The translations under genes and the position numbers were made by a program. From an uncultured delta proteobacterium (lineage in GTDB: Bacteria; Myxococcota; Myxococcia; SLRQ01), in assembly GCA_963727485.1 (NCBI GenBank), contig CAVSGM010000002.1, forward strand, positions 704,001 through 768,000: a stretch of DNA of 64,000 nucleotides, given 5' to 3'. Below are positions 51,586 through 61,345 of the stretch, piece after piece. Each line of letters starts with the position of its first letter. The stretch's first letter is position 1. The notes under the pieces are model-generated. The model was not told the DNA's origin and made no database searches. It worked only from the letters and a program-made list of their open reading frames with translations.

Positions 51586-53721
51586 CTACTGACAGCCGCG
51601 CTGCTTCGCCTGGGCCTGGGCCTGCCGGTGGGTCGGGCTCGGCGGGTCGGCGACGGTGATGGCCAGGACCTTGGCGACGTCGCTGCAGCTGCTGGCGTTG
51701 TCGAGGAGGTAGGCCCCCTGGTCCTCGAGGCGCTGGAAGCCCGCCTTCACCCGGGGGTCGTCCTTGTCGACCTTCGCCGCCTTCTGGAAGAGGCCGAAGG
51801 CGTCCTGGTAGCGCTCGCTGGCGATGCGCTGCTTGCCCTGATCGGTGTAGGCCCCCACCAGGGACGAGAGCACCGACTTCCGGTAGAACGATCGCAGCCG
51901 CTGGTCCGGGATGATCTTGCGATCGGCGGCGAGCACCAGCTCCCAGGCGGACCGGGCGCTCTTGACGTCGTTCTTGTACATGTACGCTTGGCCCTCGGTG
52001 AACTTCCCCTGGGCGATCTTCATCTGGGCGTAGAGGTCGTCGGCGGTGGACTGCACCGCGCCGAGCTTGAAGTCCTTGCGCAGCTTGTTCAGGCGCTTGA
52101 GGGACTTCTCCACGTCGCCGTTGTAGTACTGCTTGATGGCCGTGCGCAGGCGCTTGTCGTCGTAGATGCCCCCGAGCACCGCGCCGGGGTCGACCTCGTG
52201 GACCACCACATCGGCGCAGGCCGACCACGGCGCCAGCTCCGGCGGACAGTGCCACCGCTTGCTCGCCGGGACGTGCATCCGCTCCTCGGCGACGTGGAGG
52301 AGCTTGGGCATCCGGGGGTCGGTGTTGCCCGGGCACTGGCAGGCGAAGTCCATGTACTGACCGCAGGCCTTGAGCGCGTCCTTCCAGCGCCCGGCCCGGG
52401 CGTCGCCCTTGCAGTCCGACACGTCGCGCTTGGAGAGGATGTCCATCAGGTTGCGGACCTTGAACTTGGCCCGCCGGTAGTAGGACGACCGCTTGTCGAT
52501 CTTCAGGTAGAGCTTGAACGCCGGGTCGTCGTCACCGAGCTCCGACTTGCGCTCGGCGTCGGAGTAGACCTGCTGCATCTTCTCCTCGAGCTCGACCTGC
52601 CGGAGGAGCTTGCGGGCCTCGGTGTTGATGGGGTCGGCGTCGATGACCTTCTGGAGGGCGGTCTGGGCGTCCTTCCAGCGCTCGGCGTCCATGTAGGCCC
52701 GCGCCCGGCGCAGGAACTCGTAGGTCTTGGCGGTGAGGTCCTCGGTGGCCTTGTCGTCGCTGGAGGCCGGGGTGTCGTTGGCCGGCGCCGGCGGCGGGCC
52801 CTTGCCCCTGAGGGCGAAGCCGATCCCGAAGAGGATGACCAGGGCCCCCACCCCGCCGAGGAGGAGCTTCTTGCGCTTGTCGAGGCCGCCCGCACCGCCG
52901 CGGGCACCCCGCACCGGCCGGCCGCCCCGGCCCGCGCCCGCGCGCCCGAGGCTCGGCAGGGGACCGACGTCCAGGGACGGGTCCACGGGCATCAGCGCCT
53001 CGCCCCCGAGCCCGGCCCCGGCCGCGAAGCGGAACTCCACGTTCCCGAAGCGGACGATGTCGCCGTCCTGGAGCTCCAGGTCGTCGGCGGGGGCCTCGTT
53101 GACGAAGCTGCCGTTGGACGAGCCCAGGTCGCGGACCAGGAGCAGCCCCCCGTCGAGGACGATGAGGGCGTGGCTTCTGGACACCGAGGGGTCGTCGATG
53201 ACGAGGTCGTTGCCGGCGACCCGGCCCACGGTGGCCCGGTCCCCGAGCTCGAAGTACTGGCCGATGGCGGCGCCGGAGAGCCCCTCGAGGGTGCCGAGCG
53301 GCCCCTGGTCGTGGAGCCCCGGCCCGGTGTGGGTGTTGGTGTGCTCGTCGTCGTCCGGGGCGGCGGGCAGGGGCCCGGCGTAGGTCGCCTCGTCTGCGCC
53401 CCGCACGTCCACCGGCGGCGGCGCCTCGGCCCCCTCGGGCTCCTCCACGAAGATCGCGAAGGGCCCGAGCGTCGCCTCGCGGCCGGCCTCGAGGACCACC
53501 GCCCCCACCACCGGCTGCCCGTCGAGGAGGGTGCCGTTGCTCGACCCCAGATCCTCGATGTAGCAGAGCCCGTCCTCGAGGAAGAGTCGGGCGTGGCGAC
53601 GGGAGACGTTGGGATCGGGGAGCTGCACCCCGGCGGAGTCGTCCCGCCCGAGGATCACCTCGCCCACCAGGTCGTACTCGGTCTCGTTCCCCGACGGGTC
53701 TCGGACCACCAGGACGTACAC
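51586..53721 (-). CDS. Double-FHA, single-TM, TPR protein (KilD-like)
   Basis: Two FHA domains (GR...SRRHA...DLGSSNGT; GR...SRSHA...DLGSSNGS), a TM helix and a Cys-containing helical C-terminus; follows the FHA-CpaF gene. Confidence 0.75.
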   Translation of the reverse strand: MYVLVVRDPSGNETEYDLVGEVILGRDDSAGVQLPDPNVSRRHARLFLEDGLCYIEDLGSSNGTLLDGQPVVGAVVLEAGREATLGPFAIFVEEPEGAEAPPPVDVRGADEATYAGPLPAAPDDDEHTNTHTGPGLHDQGPLGTLEGLSGAAIGQYFELGDRATVGRVAGNDLVIDDPSVSRSHALIVLDGGLLLVRDLGSSNGSFVNEAPADDLELQDGDIVRFGNVEFRFAAGAGLGGEALMPVDPSLDVGPLPSLGRAGAGRGGRPVRGARGGAGGLDKRKKLLLGGVGALVILFGIGFALRGKGPPPAPANDTPASSDDKATEDLTAKTYEFLRRARAYMDAERWKDAQTALQKVIDADPINTEARKLLRQVELEEKMQQVYSDAERKSELGDDDPAFKLYLKIDKRSSYYRRAKFKVRNLMDILSKRDVSDCKGDARAGRWKDALKACGQYMDFACQCPGNTDPRMPKLLHVAEERMHVPASKRWHCPPELAPWSACADVVVHEVDPGAVLGGIYDDKRLRTAIKQYYNGDVEKSLKRLNKLRKDFKLGAVQSTADDLYAQMKIAQGKFTEGQAYMYKNDVKSARSAWELVLAADRKIIPDQRLRSFYRKSVLSSLVGAYTDQGKQRIASERYQDAFGLFQKAAKVDKDDPRVKAGFQRLEDQGAYLLDNASSCSDVAKVLAITVADPPSPTHRQAQAQAKQRGCQ

Positions 53722-53727
53722 GACGGG

Positions 53728-55494
53728 CTACTCCTCCCGGAAGATGTCCATGTTCACCGGGATGCCCCGGCGCTGCATGTCGTCGTAGAAGCGCGGGATG
53801 AAGCCGGTGGACACGTGGCGGCCCTGGACCCGCGCTTCCTCGTCGAAGCCTTCCTGCTTGAACACGAAGATGTCGGCGAGGGTGATGATGTCGACCTCCA
53901 TCCCCGCGACCTCGGAGATGTGGGTGATCTTGCGCGAGCCGTCGGAGAACCGCGTCTGCTGCACGATGATGTCCACGGCGCTGGCGATCTGCTCGCGGAT
54001 GGCGCGGATGGGCAGCTCCATGCCGCTCATCAGCACCATGGTCTCCAGCCGCGAGAGGGCGTCACGGGGGGAGTTGGCGTGGGCGGTGGTCAGCGACCCG
54101 TCGTGGCCGGTGTTCATGGCCTGGAGCATGTCCAGGGCCTCGCCGCCACGACACTCACCGACGACGATGCGGTCGGGGCGCATCCGCAGGGTGTTCTTCA
54201 CCAGGTCGCGGATGTGGATGGCGCCCTTGCCCTCGAGGTTGGCGGGCCGGGTCTCGAGCTGGACCCAGTGGTCCTTGTGGAGCTGGAGCTCGGCGGCGTC
54301 CTCGACGGTGATGATGCGCTCGCCGTCGGGGATGAAGTTGGAGAGGATGTTGAGGGTGGTGGTCTTCCCGGAGCCGGTGCCGCCGCTGATGATGATGTTC
54401 TTCCGGGCGAGGATGCACGCCTCGAGGAACTCGGTCATCTGGCTGGTGACGGTCTTGAAGCGCACCAGGTCCTCGGGACCGAGCGCCTCCTTCTTGAACT
54501 TCCGGATGGTGATGCACGGCCCCTTGAGGGCCAGCGGCGGGATGATGGCGTTCACCCGGCTGCCGTCCTTGAGGCGCGCGTCCACCAGGGGGCTCGACTC
54601 GTCGATACGGCGCCCGATGGGGGCGACGATGCGCTCGATGACGCCGAGGACCGCCTTGTTGCTGGAGAAGGTCTTCTCCGAGAGGGTCAGCTTGCCCTTC
54701 TTCTCCACGTAGATCTGGTTCGCATGGTTGACCATGATCTCGGAGATGTCGTCCTCGGCGAGGAACTGCTCGAGGGGCCCGAGACCCAGGGCCTCGTTGA
54801 GGACGTCGGTCTTCAGGCCCTCGATGGAGACGCCCTTGGGGATCTCCTTGTCGAGCTCCATCTGGGCGACGATGTCGTTGACGCCGCGCTCGGTGCGCGC
54901 CCAGAGCTGCTCGTCGCCGAGCTTGTCGATGTTGAGACGCCGGAGGTCCATGTACTCGATGAGGCGGTCGTGGACCTCCCGGAGGAGCCCGTTGTAGCGC
55001 TCGATCTCGGGGTCGACCCGGTGCAGCTTGGCCTTCCGCGCCGCGGCCGCCAGCGAGGCGGGCATGCGCTTGCTGTCCTCGTCCTCATCCGGCTCCGGGG
55101 GCGGGGCGGCCTTGGCGGGAGCGGCCGGGGCCCCGGCGCCGTCGGTGCCGGGCTCGCCGCCCCGGGACCGGCCCCGGGCGCGACGGGCGGGGACGGCGGC
55201 GCCGTCGGCGTCGACGTTGATCACGTAGTCGCCGATGTAGATCTTGTCGGTCCCCCGGACGACCTGGGGGGCGCTGATCTTCTTGCCGTTGACGAAGGTC
55301 CCGTTGGTCGACTTCAGGTCGAGGACGATGAACTTCCCGTCCTTGAGGACGATCTTGGTGTGCTGCTTGGAGATGTTGCTCTTCGGCAGCACCAGATCAT
55401 TGCCGGCCACCCGGCCGATGGTGATGGCGTCCTTCTGGAAGGCGCGGTGTTCCGTCTGCCCGCCCTTCTCGCGGATGACCAGGTTCAGACCCAT
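53728..55494 (-). CDS. cpaF: FHA-domain Tad/CpaF secretion ATPase (KilF-like)
   Basis: N-terminal FHA (IGR...SKQH...STNGTFVNG), Walker A GGTGSGKTT, EDAAEL, LRMRPDRIVVGECRG, MNTGHDG. Confidence 0.92.
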   Translation of the reverse strand: MGLNLVIREKGGQTEHRAFQKDAITIGRVAGNDLVLPKSNISKQHTKIVLKDGKFIVLDLKSTNGTFVNGKKISAPQVVRGTDKIYIGDYVINVDADGAAVPARRARGRSRGGEPGTDGAGAPAAPAKAAPPPEPDEDEDSKRMPASLAAAARKAKLHRVDPEIERYNGLLREVHDRLIEYMDLRRLNIDKLGDEQLWARTERGVNDIVAQMELDKEIPKGVSIEGLKTDVLNEALGLGPLEQFLAEDDISEIMVNHANQIYVEKKGKLTLSEKTFSSNKAVLGVIERIVAPIGRRIDESSPLVDARLKDGSRVNAIIPPLALKGPCITIRKFKKEALGPEDLVRFKTVTSQMTEFLEACILARKNIIISGGTGSGKTTTLNILSNFIPDGERIITVEDAAELQLHKDHWVQLETRPANLEGKGAIHIRDLVKNTLRMRPDRIVVGECRGGEALDMLQAMNTGHDGSLTTAHANSPRDALSRLETMVLMSGMELPIRAIREQIASAVDIIVQQTRFSDGSRKITHISEVAGMEVDIITLADIFVFKQEGFDEEARVQGRHVSTGFIPRFYDDMQRRGIPVNMDIFREE

Positions 55495-55603
55495 GCATGA
55501 CCTCCGGTTCGGGTGAGTCTACCCCAGGCGCCGAGGTCGCAGCCAGGGGTGGCATGGCCCCAAAGGCCAAGGATTCCGCGGGACAGCCCGGCTCGAGCCC
55601 CCA

Positions 55604-55639
55604 AAACGCGAAAGCGGCCCCCGACCTGCTGGGGACCGC
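55604..55639 (-). terminator. Intrinsic terminator after the secretin gene
   Basis: Minus strand GCGGTCCCC-AGCAGGTC-GGGGGCCGC followed by TTTCGCGTTT. Confidence 0.55.
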
Positions 55640-55658
55640 CCTCACCCGCCAGGGCACG

Positions 55659-57116
55659 TCAGTCGAAGATGCTGAAGTGCACCTGGTCGGCGGCCTGCTT
55701 GTAGCGGGTCTTGATGTCGGCGATGGTCTTGCGGATCCGCTCGGTGTCGGGGTTGACGATCCGGGGGGTCACGAAGATGACCAGCTCGCTCTTGGAGTCC
55801 TGGAACTGACGGGACTTCCAGAGCTCGCCGATGATGGGGATGTTCCCCAGAAGCGGGAACTTGGAGACGGTCTTCTGCTCGTCGTGGTTGAACACGCCGG
55901 AGAGGACGATGGTCTCGCCGTGGCGCACCGTGACGTTGGTGGTCACGTTCCGGGTGCGGAAGCCGGGGATGCTGATGTTGCTCCCGATCTTCACCGACAC
56001 CGACTCGTCGACCTCGCTGACCTCGGCGAAGATCTGGACCTGGATGTTCCCGTGGCGGTCGGCGGTGGGCTTGATGTTGAGCTTGACGCCGTAGTCCTTG
56101 TACTGGACCGTCGCCTGGTTGGCGGTGATCATCGGGATGGGCACCTGGCCGCCGGCGAGGAACTTGGCGCTCTCTCCGGAGGCACAGACCAGCTTCGGCT
56201 GGGCCAGGAGCCGGCCGTAGCCGTCGTTGAGGGTCATCCCGAAGGCGAGGTCGGAGCCCGCGGTCCCCGAGAGGGTCCAGACCCCGGTCTTGGTGGCGGG
56301 GAACCCAGGGAGGTTCTGGTTGATGTTGACGCCACCGTTGAGGTTGCCGGTGATGTCGAAGGGCCAGGTGATGCCCACGTTGTCGAGGCCCTTCTTCCGG
56401 ATCTCGACGAACTGGACCTCGGTGAGGATCATCCGCTTGATGCCCACGGTGAGGAGGTTCTGGACCTTCTCGCCGAGGGCCTGGGTGATCAGCAGGGCCT
56501 TCTGCATGTCCTGCTTGGACTCGACCGACCCCTCGAGGAAGATGGTGGTCCCGACCACGTTGGCCTGGACGTCCTTGAGGCCCGCCTTCTGGAACTCCTG
56601 GTTCAGGGCGTTGGCCACCAGCTTCTTGGCGTTGGGGGCGACCCGGACGAAGCTCTTCACCTGGGGATAGAGCTTGGTGATGTCCTTGATCCGCTGGAAG
56701 TCGTCGGTGGTGTAGGCCTGCCCGTCGAGGAAGACCCGGTTGCCGACGATGCGGATGGTCACGCCCTCGATGTCCCCGAGGAGCTGCTTGACCTCTTTGA
56801 CCAGCTCCCGGACGTCCTGGGCGGTGACGTTGATGACGTAGGAGAGCCGGGTGCCGTTCGAGCGCCACACCAGCAGGGTCGTGCGGCCCGGGGTGGCGCC
56901 GGTGATGAGCACCTGGCTCTGGGACGGCAGGGTCGTCACCTGGGCGATGTCGCTGCCGATGGAGACCCGGGTCACGCCCCGGACGGTGAGCACCCGCTGC
57001 TGACCGACGACCAGGGTGATGACGCCGCCGGATTGGGCCGACGCCAGGGGATTGACCGCAAGGCCAACGGCTACCACCAGGATTGCGGTCCAACGGAGGA
57101 TACGGGGGCTGTCCAT
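55659..57116 (-). CDS. cpaC: CpaC/RcpA-type secretin with BON-like domains (KilC-like)
   Basis: Signal peptide, GRTTLLVW, LAQPKLV..SGESAKFLAGGQVPIP, YKDYGVKL, LGNIPIIGELW, ELVIFVTP. Confidence 0.9.
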   Translation of the reverse strand: MDSPRILRWTAILVVAVGLAVNPLASAQSGGVITLVVGQQRVLTVRGVTRVSIGSDIAQVTTLPSQSQVLITGATPGRTTLLVWRSNGTRLSYVINVTAQDVRELVKEVKQLLGDIEGVTIRIVGNRVFLDGQAYTTDDFQRIKDITKLYPQVKSFVRVAPNAKKLVANALNQEFQKAGLKDVQANVVGTTIFLEGSVESKQDMQKALLITQALGEKVQNLLTVGIKRMILTEVQFVEIRKKGLDNVGITWPFDITGNLNGGVNINQNLPGFPATKTGVWTLSGTAGSDLAFGMTLNDGYGRLLAQPKLVCASGESAKFLAGGQVPIPMITANQATVQYKDYGVKLNIKPTADRHGNIQVQIFAEVSEVDESVSVKIGSNISIPGFRTRNVTTNVTVRHGETIVLSGVFNHDEQKTVSKFPLLGNIPIIGELWKSRQFQDSKSELVIFVTPRIVNPDTERIRKTIADIKTRYKQAADQVHFSIFD

Positions 57117-57188
57117 GGGCTGTCTCCCGGCGCGGATCACGATTGTGCCATTCCTACCACGTCGGCGGTATCGGTGCAGTCTCAGATT

Positions 57189-57734
57189 TCAGCGGAGCGT
57201 GACCAGGAACGCCCAGAGGGTCCCGAAGGCGATGGCCACGCCATAGGGCACGTAGATCGAAGCGCTCTGGTCGTTGGCGTCGGCGCGCTGGTCGCCGTCG
57301 TCCTCGTCCCGGGGTCGGCGCCGGAGCATGCCGGTGACGGTCCGCAGCAGGCGGCCCTTCCACAAGAGCGCCCCCAGGGCCACCGCCCCCCCCACCAGGG
57401 CCACGTAGAGCAGGTCCTGGACCACGAAGGGGAAGCCCATCAGGGCCCCGACCGCCGCCATGAGCTTCACGTCGCCCATGCCGAAGGCGCTGCTGTTGAT
57501 GGCGTTGATCACCAGGAACGGCAGGCCCCCGACCACCAGGCCGACGAGGCTCCACTCCAGCCCCCGCCCCAGGCTCGTGGACCAGCCGTAGGCGATCCCG
57601 TGGATCACCGGCCCGGCGAGGAGCGCCGGGTAGGTGATGACGTTGAGGATCTTCCGGTGGAGCAGATCGGTGACCAGGGAGACGGCGACCGCCACCCCGG
57701 TCAGGGACACCAGGATGATCTCCGCGGTCCCCAC
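57189..57734 (-). CDS. cpaA: A24 prepilin peptidase CpaA/TadV (KilA-like)
   Basis: TDL..RKILN, GMGDVKLMAAVG, VPYGVAI. Confidence 0.9.
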   Translation of the reverse strand: MGTAEIILVSLTGVAVAVSLVTDLLHRKILNVITYPALLAGPVIHGIAYGWSTSLGRGLEWSLVGLVVGGLPFLVINAINSSAFGMGDVKLMAAVGALMGFPFVVQDLLYVALVGGAVALGALLWKGRLLRTVTGMLRRRPRDEDDGDQRADANDQSASIYVPYGVAIAFGTLWAFLVTLR

Positions 57735-57783
57735 GCCGTCCCCTTCCCCGCCCGTGCCAGACCCGCCCTTCAGGCGGATCGGA

Positions 57784-58547
57784 TCATCGGATGACGCACT
57801 TCACCTTTTCGGAGCAGATGAAGTACTCGTCGCCGTCCTCGACCTTGCGGCGCTTGATCCGCTTCTTGTTGAACCAGGTGCCGTTGGACGACCCCAGGTC
57901 CTCGACGAAGTAGTCGTCGCCGTCCTTGACGATGACCGCGTGCTCGCGGCTCACCTTCCCCGACTGGATGATGAAGTCGCAGTGCTTGCCGCGGCCGATG
58001 AGGAAGCGATCGGTGTCGACCTTGTCGAGCTCGCCGTCCTCGCCCATGACGTAGAGGCTCTTCTTGGCGGCCTCGCCCATGAGCTCGTCGACAATCTCGT
58101 CGTCGTCGATGTCGTCGTCGAAGTCGGCGTCATCGGCGATCTCGTCGTCGATGAGGTCCTCGGCGGGGGGCGGCGGGGGCGCGCCCTTGCCCTTGATCTG
58201 CCGCTCGAGCTCGGCGGCGGTCTCGAGGACCCGCTCCTCGACCGCCCGGCGCCGGGCCACCGTGTCCCGGTGGGGCGGCTCCGCGGGCTCGGCGTCGGCC
58301 TCGGGCTCGGGCTCGGGATCCGGCGGCGGTGCCGGGGCCATGACCGGCGGGGCCGGCCGGGCCGCCCCATCGGCGGCGGCGGCGCCCCCCCGGGGGTGAG
58401 GAACCCGTTGAGACGGGCGAACATGAACATGGCCTGGTTGATGAGGCCTTCGCGATCGGCCCCCATCTCCTGGGCCATCTCCTCGAAGGCTTCCCACAGG
58501 TGGTCGGCGATGGCGACCTTCCGCGGCGCTCGGCTCTTCTCGATCAT
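57784..58547 (-). CDS. FHA protein with a putative ribbon-helix-helix N-terminus (frameshift in the C7 run 58385-58391)
   Basis: RKVAIADHLWEAFEEMAQEMG.DR..LINQA, a Pro/acidic linker, then FHA IGRGKHC...SREHA...DLGSSNGTW. Confidence 0.75.
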
Positions 58548-58594
58548 CCGGGAGACCATATCAGAGCCCCTGGCTGGCGACCAAGGGGGTCGGA

Positions 58595-60410
58595 CTACTC
58601 GTACTTCTCCTCGTAGAACGCGTCGAGGAGGGCGGCATGGCGCTTCTCCACCACCCGGCGCTTGACCTTGAGGGTCGGGGTCAGGGACCCGTCCTCCTGG
58701 GTGAAGTCGGCGTCGAGGATGGCGAAGCGCTTGATGGTTTCGTAGGACGGCAGGCCCTCGTTGAGGGCGTCGACCGCGGTCTGGAGCGCGTGGCGGACCG
58801 CCGGGGCCTTCGTCTGCGCGGCGAAGTCGCCCTGAAGGCCGTGCTCGGCGGCGAAGGCGGCGAGGCTCTCGGCGTCGAGGGTGATGAGGGCGGTGAGGAA
58901 CTTGCGCTTGTCCCCGTGGACCACCACCTGGCTGATGAGGGGGTGGGTCTTGAGCTGGTTCTCGAGGTTCTGGGGGGCGACGTTCTTCCCGCCGGCGGTG
59001 ACGATGATGTCCTTCTTGCGGTCGGTGATCCGCACGTAGCCGTCGTCGTCGATCTCGCCGATGTCCCCGGAGTGGAACCAGCGGTCGGGGTCGATGGCCT
59101 CGGCGGTGGCCTCGGGGAGGTGGTAGTAGCCCTGCATCACCCCGCCGCCGCGGATGAGGATCTCGCCGTCGTCGGCGATGCGCAGCTCGATGCCGGGCAT
59201 CGGCGCGCCCACGGTGCCGAATCTTGATCTTGTCCGGGCGGTTGACGGTGGTGGCCGCCGAGGTCTCGGTGAGGCCGTAGCCCTCGAGGATGCGGATGCC
59301 CGCGAGGTCGAAGAAGTAGGCGATCTTGGGCGAGAGGGGCGCCCCGCCGGAGATGAAGAACTTCATCCGGCCGCCGAAGGTCTCCGAGAGCTTCTCGGCG
59401 ACCTTGCTGAACACCAGGCGGTTGGCCAGCGAGAAGCCGACGCCCCCGTACTCGCGGCCGGCCCGCTTCGCCTCCACGTAGCGGTCGAAGTGGTCCATGG
59501 CCCAGCGGAAGAGCCGGCCCTTGACCCCCGGGGACTCGAGGCCCGCGGCCACCACCTTGGTGAAGACCTTCTCGAAGATCCGGGGCACCGACGCCATGAC
59601 CGTGGGCCGGACCTCGCCGAGGTTCTCGATGAGCTTGTCGATGCTCTCGGCAAACGCCATGGGGTGGCCCAGGCGGTACCAGGCGGCCTTGAGCACCTGG
59701 GCGAAGCTGTGGGCGAGCGGGAGGAAGATCAGCTCCTCGTCGTCGGCCTCGACCAGGGCGATCTGGGCGGTGGCGTTGGCCTCGAAGGCCCAGTTCCCGT
59801 GGGTGAGCACCACGCCCTTGGGGGGCCCGGTGGTCCCGGAGGTGTAGATGAAGCACGCCGGGTCGTCGGGGGAGATCCCGGCGATGCGGTCGCCGAGGAC
59901 CTTGGGGTCGGCGGCCAGCTCCTCGCCGGCGGCCTCGAGGGCGGGCACGTCGGTGACCCAGTCGCCGGCGCCCTGCCCCGTCATCCGGATGACCTTGCGG
60001 ATCGCCGGGAGCTGGCCGCGCACCTCCTGGAACTTGGCGAGCTGGACGTCGTCCTCGACGAAGGCCATCACCGAGCCCGAGTCGTCGGCGACGTAGCGCA
60101 CCTCTTCCGGGGTGTTGGACTGGTAGATGGGCACGGCCACGGCGCCGGCCATCTGGATGGCGAGCTCGGCGACGACCCACTCCACCCGGGTGTTGCCCAA
60201 AAGCGCCACCTTCTCCTTGGGCTCGAGGCCCAGGGCCACCAGGCCGTGGGCCTGGCGCCTCGCCCGGTCCCGCATCTCGGCCCAGGTGAGGGTGCGCCAG
60301 ACGCCGCCCTCCTTGTACCGGGCGGCGGTGGCGTCCGGGGTTCGGGCGACGGTCTGCTCGAAGATCTCGACCAGGTGGGCGCCGCCCTCAGGCGCCGGGC
60401 GCGAGGTCAC
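58595..60410 (-). CDS. fadD: Long-chain fatty acid--CoA ligase (frameshift at ~59221)
   Basis: YTSGTTGPPKG, LPLAH, SGGAPL, EGYGLTE, GTVG, SGDIG, ITDRKKD, LTPTLKVKR. Confidence 0.9.
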
Positions 60411-61283
60411 TTCCACTTGGCCATGCGCTCCTGGCACCACTGGTGGTCGCGCTCGATGCTCCGGCGCGTCCCCGACCTTCTTGGGGTCGATGGCCAGGCA
60501 CTTCTTCAGGGCGTCGGCCACCTTGGCGTCCTCGCCCTCCTTGTGCCACACGTCGGCGAGGTAGACGTAGGCGCGGGTCGAGTTGGGGCAGACCTTCAGG
60601 GCCCGATCCAGCCAGGACACGGCCTTCTTGGCGTCGTACTTGGGCCAGGGCAGCTCGTAGTAGAGGCGCCCCTTGGCCACCAGCGGCCCGGCGCAGCTAT
60701 AGCCCTTGTCGAGCTTGATGGCCTTGTCGAGGCGCTCGTTGAACTTGCCCTCCATGCCCCGGGCGAGCGCCGTGAGGATCCCCATCCCCTGGCTCCAGGC
60801 CCCGGCGCCGACGGCGGCGTAGTACTGGCCCTCGACCTTGTTCGGGTCGGACGACCGGGCGTAGTCCCCGTACTGCATGCCCTTCTTGCCCCACGACGCC
60901 TTGATGTCGGTGGTGGGCGCCCCGTCGGCCTTCCAGAAGTAGGCCCGGGACAGGCGCCAGAGGAGCCCGTACTCGCCGGGGTGCTTCTCGCAGGCCCCCT
61001 CGAGCAGGGTGATGCTCTGGTCGATCTTGGGGTCCTTGTAGCTCGGCGAGCGGGTCTTCCAGAGGGCGTCGGCCTGGTGCTCGATGGCCTCGACGTCGGA
61101 CATCTTCGGGGCCTGCTTGGCGGGCGCGGCCTCGGCGGCGGGCGCGGCCTGGGCGGCGTCCTTGGCGGGCGCGGCCTTGGCAGCGGCGTTGTCGGTCTTG
61201 GCCTGCGCGTCGTCCGCGCGGGCCGGGCCCTGGACGGCCATGGCCGCCCCCAGCATCATCGCAAGGATGTACCCCGGCTTCAT
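60407..61283 (-). CDS. Secreted TPR-like helical protein (TRAP TatT / RMDN-like; frameshift at ~60458)
   Basis: Signal peptide, Ala-rich linker, LWRLSRAYFW, VEGQYYAAV, LDKAIKLD..Y..AGP, YYELPWP. Corrected end IERDHQWCQERMAKWK* overlaps the fadD GTG. Confidence 0.6.
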
Positions 61284-61345
61284 GGGACAGTCCCTACCAC
61301 CGGGCGGGGACGTCGGCAATAGCCGGGCGGGGGGCGAGACCGACC

